Positions 20,541 through 26,071 of a DNA stretch of 26,071 nt are shown piece after piece. This DNA is from Macrostomum lignano. Lineage: Eukaryota. The notes under the pieces are model-generated. The model had not been told where the DNA came from. It did not search any database and saw nothing but the letters and a program-made list of their open reading frames with translations. How positions within the stretch are numbered: the first letter of the stretch is position 1; each line of letters begins with the position of its first letter. Both the position numbers and the translations under genes were made by a program. The stretch covers positions 1 to 26,071 of the forward strand of contig NIVC01005110.1 of assembly GCA_002269645.1 (NCBI GenBank), read 5' to 3'.

Positions 20541-22983
20541 TATATACTAAAGCTGACGTCGTGGTCCGGTGGTAGGGTGGGTGGGCCGGTGGGCCGGGTT
20601 TGTCGACGATCTCCTCCTAGGATTCTTGCAACTCAACTTTCAAACCGGTACCAAAACATGTCAAATGTCCCGACGATGCTACAATTTAAAATTCATTTTC
20701 AAATTTCAAATTTAAGTGCTTCAAAAAAGCAGAAAACAGCACAAACCAGACAGCCAGACCAGATGTCTATATATCGCATTCCATGGACTTCCCACTTGAC
20801 GCTATTTTGTATGGTTGCGCCACAACTTTTCTCCTATCTCTGCAGTGTATTTCATTTCAGCTGGGGGAGGGTCGCCGGCACTTGAGAATTGGCGGCCTAC
20901 TTGCTCAGTGTTAAAAAGGGGTGGAGGTGCACACTGCGCGAGAATGGATGGCTTGATTTTTTAACTCATCACAGAGTGTACATTGCGCTCTGCAAGTAAG
21001 AAACGGGAAAACTTGCACCTTAATTTCTGCTTTTAATTTTCAAGCTACAGAAAAGTGAATCACACCGTTGGAAAGAGTTTGAAAAACTGAACAGAATGGT
21101 ATAATTTTCTGTTCCGAAATCTCAACTGCATCAGAGCAATTTGTCATAGAAAATTTCTTGATTTCAATTGTGAAAACGTTAAGTGGCTGGGGAGGGGTTT
21201 CATTAATTTCAATTCTGACTGTGCAATGCACAAGCCTAGACTCTCCCTGTGCATTTGGGGAGGTGCATGGGCTATAGACTGATTTTCATATTGAGTGATT
21301 GGCTGGAGATAATATTGAGATTAAATAAATGAATCACCGCAGTGTCCAAATAGCGAAAGCTCATTGATTTTTCAACTTTCCTATGATTGAATTCCATATA
21401 AACTGATGCTTCTGCAAATTGTCCGAGGATGGCTTTAGGCTATTAAAATTTTGCATTATCATATTTTAAGATCCCTAAAAAAGCAGAAATAGTATAAACA
21501 ATAGGGATTACGATCACCTTGCGCACTCTTAATGATTACGCCACAACAGCTGGCCTATCTGTGTAGTGTATTCTTTTAACTGAGGGGTGTAGCCGGGCCG
21601 GTTGACAAATTTTTTTAGTGATTGCGCCACAACTGTGTGCACTGAGCAATGGAGCAAATAGACCCCCCCGTGTTAGGGGTGTTGAGGCGGCAGTGAAATT
21701 CAATGAATAAACGTGCGAGCCGCCTCCCACTGTAGCAGGCAGTGAATGTACTCTTAAAAATTCAATGCTCTAAATCAGAAAAATTTAAACGTTAACTGTT
21801 CCTCGAGTTTTAAACTTTGAAGGGAGAGACTTATATTGCTGGAAAGGTCTTGCAACGCTGAGTTCGGGGATATAATTTGTTTGCTTTAAATATGAAAAGA
21901 AAAGGCGCAGCATTCGAAAAACTATTTTCATACTTTTAACTTTTTTTAAAGATGTGCTCATTTTTGCGAGACATAATAGATAAAGTTCGAGGGTTGAATT
22001 TCTAATTGCTCAGTGTGCTTTAGTGGGGGGGGAGGGGCGGTCGCTGTGTATTGGAGGGTTGATTTATATTGCGCGATCATTTTAATTGAGACTCTTACTG
22101 ACTGACTGAGAAATAAATGGATTGCGCCATAAATTTGTTTTATTATCTCTGCCTTTCAATAGGCTGCCCTGTGTTATAGCCAGCCTGTGAAATGAATGAA
22201 TAAACTTGCGAGCCTCTTTAGTACGCAGTGCACGTACACTCGATTTTTCAATGCTTTAAAACGGGATCATTCAAACGCTAAATTCTCTTTGAGTTTTAAA
22301 CTTTGAGAGAGGAGACTTATATTGCTGGAAAAATCTTTCAACGCTGAGTTCGGGGATATAAGTTGTTTACTTTAAATATGAAAACTTAAAGCACAGCATC
22401 CAACAAACGATTTGCAAAGATTGTACTCATTTTCGGGTTCAATGGCGTTCAACCGACCCCCGAGCAGTTAGGCGGGGAGGCTTCAATTTCTATCTGCCAC
22501 TGCGTATTGAAAAGGGGTGTCGGTCGCTGTGTATTAGAGGGTTGATTTAGATTGCGCAGTATTTTTGTTAACTTTCACTGAAACTGATACTGACTGACTG
22601 AGAAATAAATTGCGCAATCTATACATTCAATTAGCTCAATTTTTTATCGGGCCCTGTAGTCGCAGCTCTGTGCAGCTCAAACCCTAACCCTAACCCTAAC
22701 CCTAACCAATGAATCCTGATATTTTATTCTTTTTGACGGAGAAAATTTTGATTGAGTCCAGTTTCGCGGAGAGGATTTCGATGTTCTTCAGTTTCACGGA
22801 GAGGATTTCTGTTTTGCGGAGAGGATTTCGATGGTGTTCAGTTTCGCGGAAAGGATTTTGATAGATTTGGATAACAGTTGGATGATGGGATTCGGGTCAT
22901 GGGATTCAGCTGATGAATTTCAGAGAATGGAATTCCGGTGATGGGAGTTCTTCCCCTTTCTCCTCCGAAGGAGGAGTTCCACT
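20541..22983 (+). mobile_element. Helitron-like tandem unit 2 (subtype Y: duplicated internal module, no GA tract)
   Basis: Starts TATATACTAAAGCTG. Hairpin CTCCTCC-GAA-GGAGGAG at 22960-22976; (CTAACC)4 at 22684-22707. Confidence 0.65.
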
Positions 22984-25395
22984 TATATACTAAAGCTGAC
23001 GTCGTGGTCCGGTGGGCCGGGTTTGTCGACGATCTCCTCCTAGGATTCTTGCAACTCAACTTTCAAACCGGTACCAAAACATGTCAAATGTCCCGACGAT
23101 GCTACAATTTAAAATTCATTTTCAAATTTCAATTTTAAGTGCTTCAAAAAAGCAGAAAACAGCACAAACCAGACAGCCAGACCAGATGTCTATATATCGC
23201 ATTCCATGGACTTCCCACTTGACGCTATTTTGTATGGTTGCGCCACAACTTTTCTCCTATCTCTGCAGTGTATTTTCTTTCCAGTGGGGGGTGGGAGCGT
23301 TCTCAGTGGCTGCGTGTGTACACTTGGACCCTGGCTCACTGGCTGACTTTATAGATAATTGCGCAATGATATGGCTACTGATAAGTTTTCCTGCCTTTCA
23401 ATGGGCAGTCCTGTGTATTTGTTGGACATTGAAATTCAATGCATCAACTTGCAAGCAGGCAGTGAACGTACACTCGATACTTCAATGCTATAAATCAGAC
23501 AGTTTCAAACGCTAACTGTTCTCGAGTTTTAAACTTTGAGAGGAGAGACTTATATTGCTGGAAAGATCTTGCAACGCTGAGTTCGGGGATATAAGTTGTT
23601 TGCTTTAAATATGAAAAAAAAAGCACATCATTTGAAAAACTACTTCCATACTTTTAACTTTCTGCAAAGATTGTACTTTAATCTGCAAAGATTGTTGGGG
23701 GAGGGTTCAACTTCTCACTGCTGCTGTGTATTGGAGGGTTGATTTAGATTGCGCAATGTTTTTGTTAACTTTACCTGAGGCTGATACTGACTGACTGTGA
23801 AATCGGTTGCGCAATGAATTGATTCAATTAGTTCAATATTTTTATCTGTGCCTTTTAACACGAAGCTGTGCGTAGTTCTAACCCTAACCTAACCCTAACC
23901 CTAACCCTAACCCTAATGAATCTGGCGAGTTGAGTTGTTTGACGGAAAAAATTCGATTAAGTCAAGTTTAGCGGAGACGATTTCAATGTTTAAATTCTGA
24001 CGGAGAAGATTTTTGTTTCGTGGAGAGGATTTCGATGATGTTCAGTTTCACGAAAGGATTTCCATGGTGTTCAGTTTCACGGAGAGGATTTCGATCATGT
24101 TCAGCTTCACGGAGAGGATTTCTGTTTCGCGGAGATAATTTATGATTGATTTCTGTTTTATGGAGACCATTTTGATGGATTTAAGTTTCAAGGAGAGGAT
24201 TTCGAAGGAGTCCAGTTTCACGGAGAGGATTTCGATGGTTTTCAGTTGCACGGACAGGATTTCTGCTTCGCGAGAGGATCTTGATGGATTTGGCATCTTC
24301 AATCAGTTAGAGAAGAGAGTAAAGAGAAGAATGAAAAGAGAAGAGAGATGAGATGATAGAAAACGAGTAGAAATGAGTGGAGAGATTAGACATGACAGAT
24401 GGGAGAAAAAGGAGTAAGGCGGGAACGAAGGAGAGAGAAGAGAAGAGGAGAGAGGAGAGAGAGGGGAGATATGAGATAGCAAATGGATACAAGAGAGATA
24501 ATAGGAGAGAGAATAGATGAGGGATAAGAGCGTACAGAGGAAATAGAAGAGAGGGGAGAGTAGAGGAGAAAGAAAGAGTGAGATGAGGGGATGAGGGATG
24601 AGAGAGGAGGGAAGACAGGAGAGAGAAGAGAGGAGAAAAGAGGGAGAAAGGAGAGAGAAGCGAAAGGAGAAGAGAGAGAGGAGAGAGGAGAGAGATGAAA
24701 GATCATAGATGAGAGAGTTAAGAGAGGAAAGTAGTGCGGAGAGGAGAGATGAGAGATGCGATGAAAAGAGATGCGTGAGAAAATAAGAGAGAAGAGATTA
24801 GAGATTAGAGATTAGAGAAGAGAGGGGAGAAGATGAAAGGAGCAAGGAGAGGAGAAAAGAGAGAATGGAGAGGATAGAAAAGAGAGAAGAGAAGAGACAG
24901 GGATAGTGGAAAGAAGGAAAGAAAGATGAGACAAGAAAGTAGAGTGTGAGAGCGTATTTGAGATATGAGAAATGAGAGCTGAGAGAAGAGAAAAGAGAAG
25001 AGAGAGAGAGGGTTAAGAGAGACGATAGATAAGTGAGTAGAGATGATATATGAGAGAGAAGAGAAGAGGGAGATAAGAGAGAAGAGAGGAGACAGGAGAC
25101 AGGAGAGGGTACAGACGAAAGACGAGGGAGAAGAGATAAATAAGGAGTAGGGTAGAGATAAGATGAGAGAGAGGAGAGAGAAGAGAGTCACGATAATAGC
25201 GAAGAGAGTAGAGAGGAGATATGATAGACGTGAGAGTCTTTGAGCTATGGTCTTTTAAAGGTTTTGTAAAGAATTTGGAGACGATTTGGAAGATAGGGTT
25301 CAAGCATGGAATTTCAGTTGATGGATATTTCAGGAAATGGAATTCCGGTGATGGGAGTTCTTCCCCTTTCTCCTCCGAAGGAGGAGTTCCACTCG
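22984..25395 (+). mobile_element. Helitron-like tandem unit 3 (subtype X)
   Basis: Starts TATATACTAAAGCTG and diverges from Y at ~23276. Telomeric run at 23878-23916, GA tract at ~24309-25235, hairpin at 25370-25386. Confidence 0.65.
24309..25235. repeat. GA-rich polypurine low-complexity tract (unit 3)
   Basis: Shares sequence blocks with 19671-20380 but is longer and rearranged. Confidence 0.95.
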
Positions 25396-26071
25396 TCTAT
25401 ATACTAAAGCTGACGTCGTGGTCCGGTGGTAGGGTGGGCCGGTGGCCGGGTTTGTCGACGATCTCCTCCTAGATTCTTGCAACTCAACTTTCAAACCGGT
25501 ACCAAAACATGTCAAATGTCCCGACGATGCTACAATTTAAAATTCATTTTCAAATTTCAATTTTAAGTGCTTCAAAAAAGCAGAAAACAGCACAAACCAG
25601 ACAGCCAGACCAGATGTCTATATATCGCATTCCATGGACTTCCCACTTGACGCTATTTTGTATGGTTGCGCCACAACTTTTCTCCTATCTCTGCAGTGTA
25701 TTTCATTTCAGCTGGGGGAGGGTCGCCGGCACTTGAGAATTGGCGGCCTACTTGCTCAGTGTTAAAAAGGGGTGGAGGTGCACACTGCGCGAGAATGGAT
25801 GGCTTGATTTTTTAACTCATCACAGAGTGTACATTGCGCTCTGCAAGTAAGAAACGGGAAAACTTGCACCTTAATTTCTGCTTTTAATTTTCAAGCTACA
25901 GAAAAGTGAATCACACCGTTGGAAAGAGTTTGAAAAACTGAACAGAATGGTATAATTTTCTGTTCGAAATCTCAACTGCATCAGAGCAATTTGTCATAGA
26001 AAATTTCTTGATTTCAATTGTGAAAATGTTAAGTGGCTGGGAGGGTTTCATTAATTTCAATTCTGACTGTG
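25396..26071 (+). mobile_element. Helitron-like tandem unit 4 (subtype Y, cut off by the window end)
   Basis: Starts TCTATATACTAAAGCTG and follows unit 2 through the Y-specific GTGAAAA(C/T)GTTAAGTGGCTGG segment. Confidence 0.65.

Noticed and set aside
22910-22945. CTGATGA, a possible hammerhead core in the unit 2 3' end
   Set aside because: No stem II followed by GAAA, and it is not conserved in the other units.
19661-25303. Leu/Ser-rich minus-strand ORFs over the GA tracts and 30-bp repeats
   Set aside because: Artefacts of polypyrimidine low complexity.
18112-25736. Recurrent ORF ...MSNVPTMLQFKIHF... in each unit head
   Set aside because: It recurs only because the DNA is repeated; starts and ends differ between copies, and there are no Rep/helicase or other recognisable motifs.

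Overview
Eukaryotic, animal-type genomic DNA; there is no prokaryotic, CRISPR or rRNA content. The GC-rich exons, AT-rich satellite-filled introns and TTAGGG-type repeats recall the flatworm Macrostomum, but that is inference only. The one host gene is a 3-exon TULP4/Tusp orthologue (+, 3493-3657, 4202-4598, 7332-9520; about 916 aa; WD40, SOCS box, Tubby C-terminus). Everything else is mobile or repetitive DNA. (1) Upstream is a heavily mutated Chapaev-type DDE transposase relic (-, ~483-2224) with a strong CpG/CpA-to-TpA decay signature. (2) Intron 2 holds a nested insertion of two different Penelope-like retroelements, each with its own target-site duplication. It contains a 313-bp near-perfect inverted repeat and three minimal hammerhead ribozyme motifs. 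(3) Downstream lie a 14-bp minisatellite, a young tRNA/CORE-type SINE, a Helitron-like 3' terminus, and 23-bp, 17-19-bp and 24-bp minisatellites. (4) From ~18066 to the window end is a head-to-tail array of ~2.4-kb non-autonomous Helitron-like units of two subtypes plus a chimera. The units carry a telomeric seed, C/EBP-type palindromes, a G4 motif, polypurine tracts and a 3' GAA-loop hairpin. All counts were made by hand and all family assignments come from motif recognition, not database searches.
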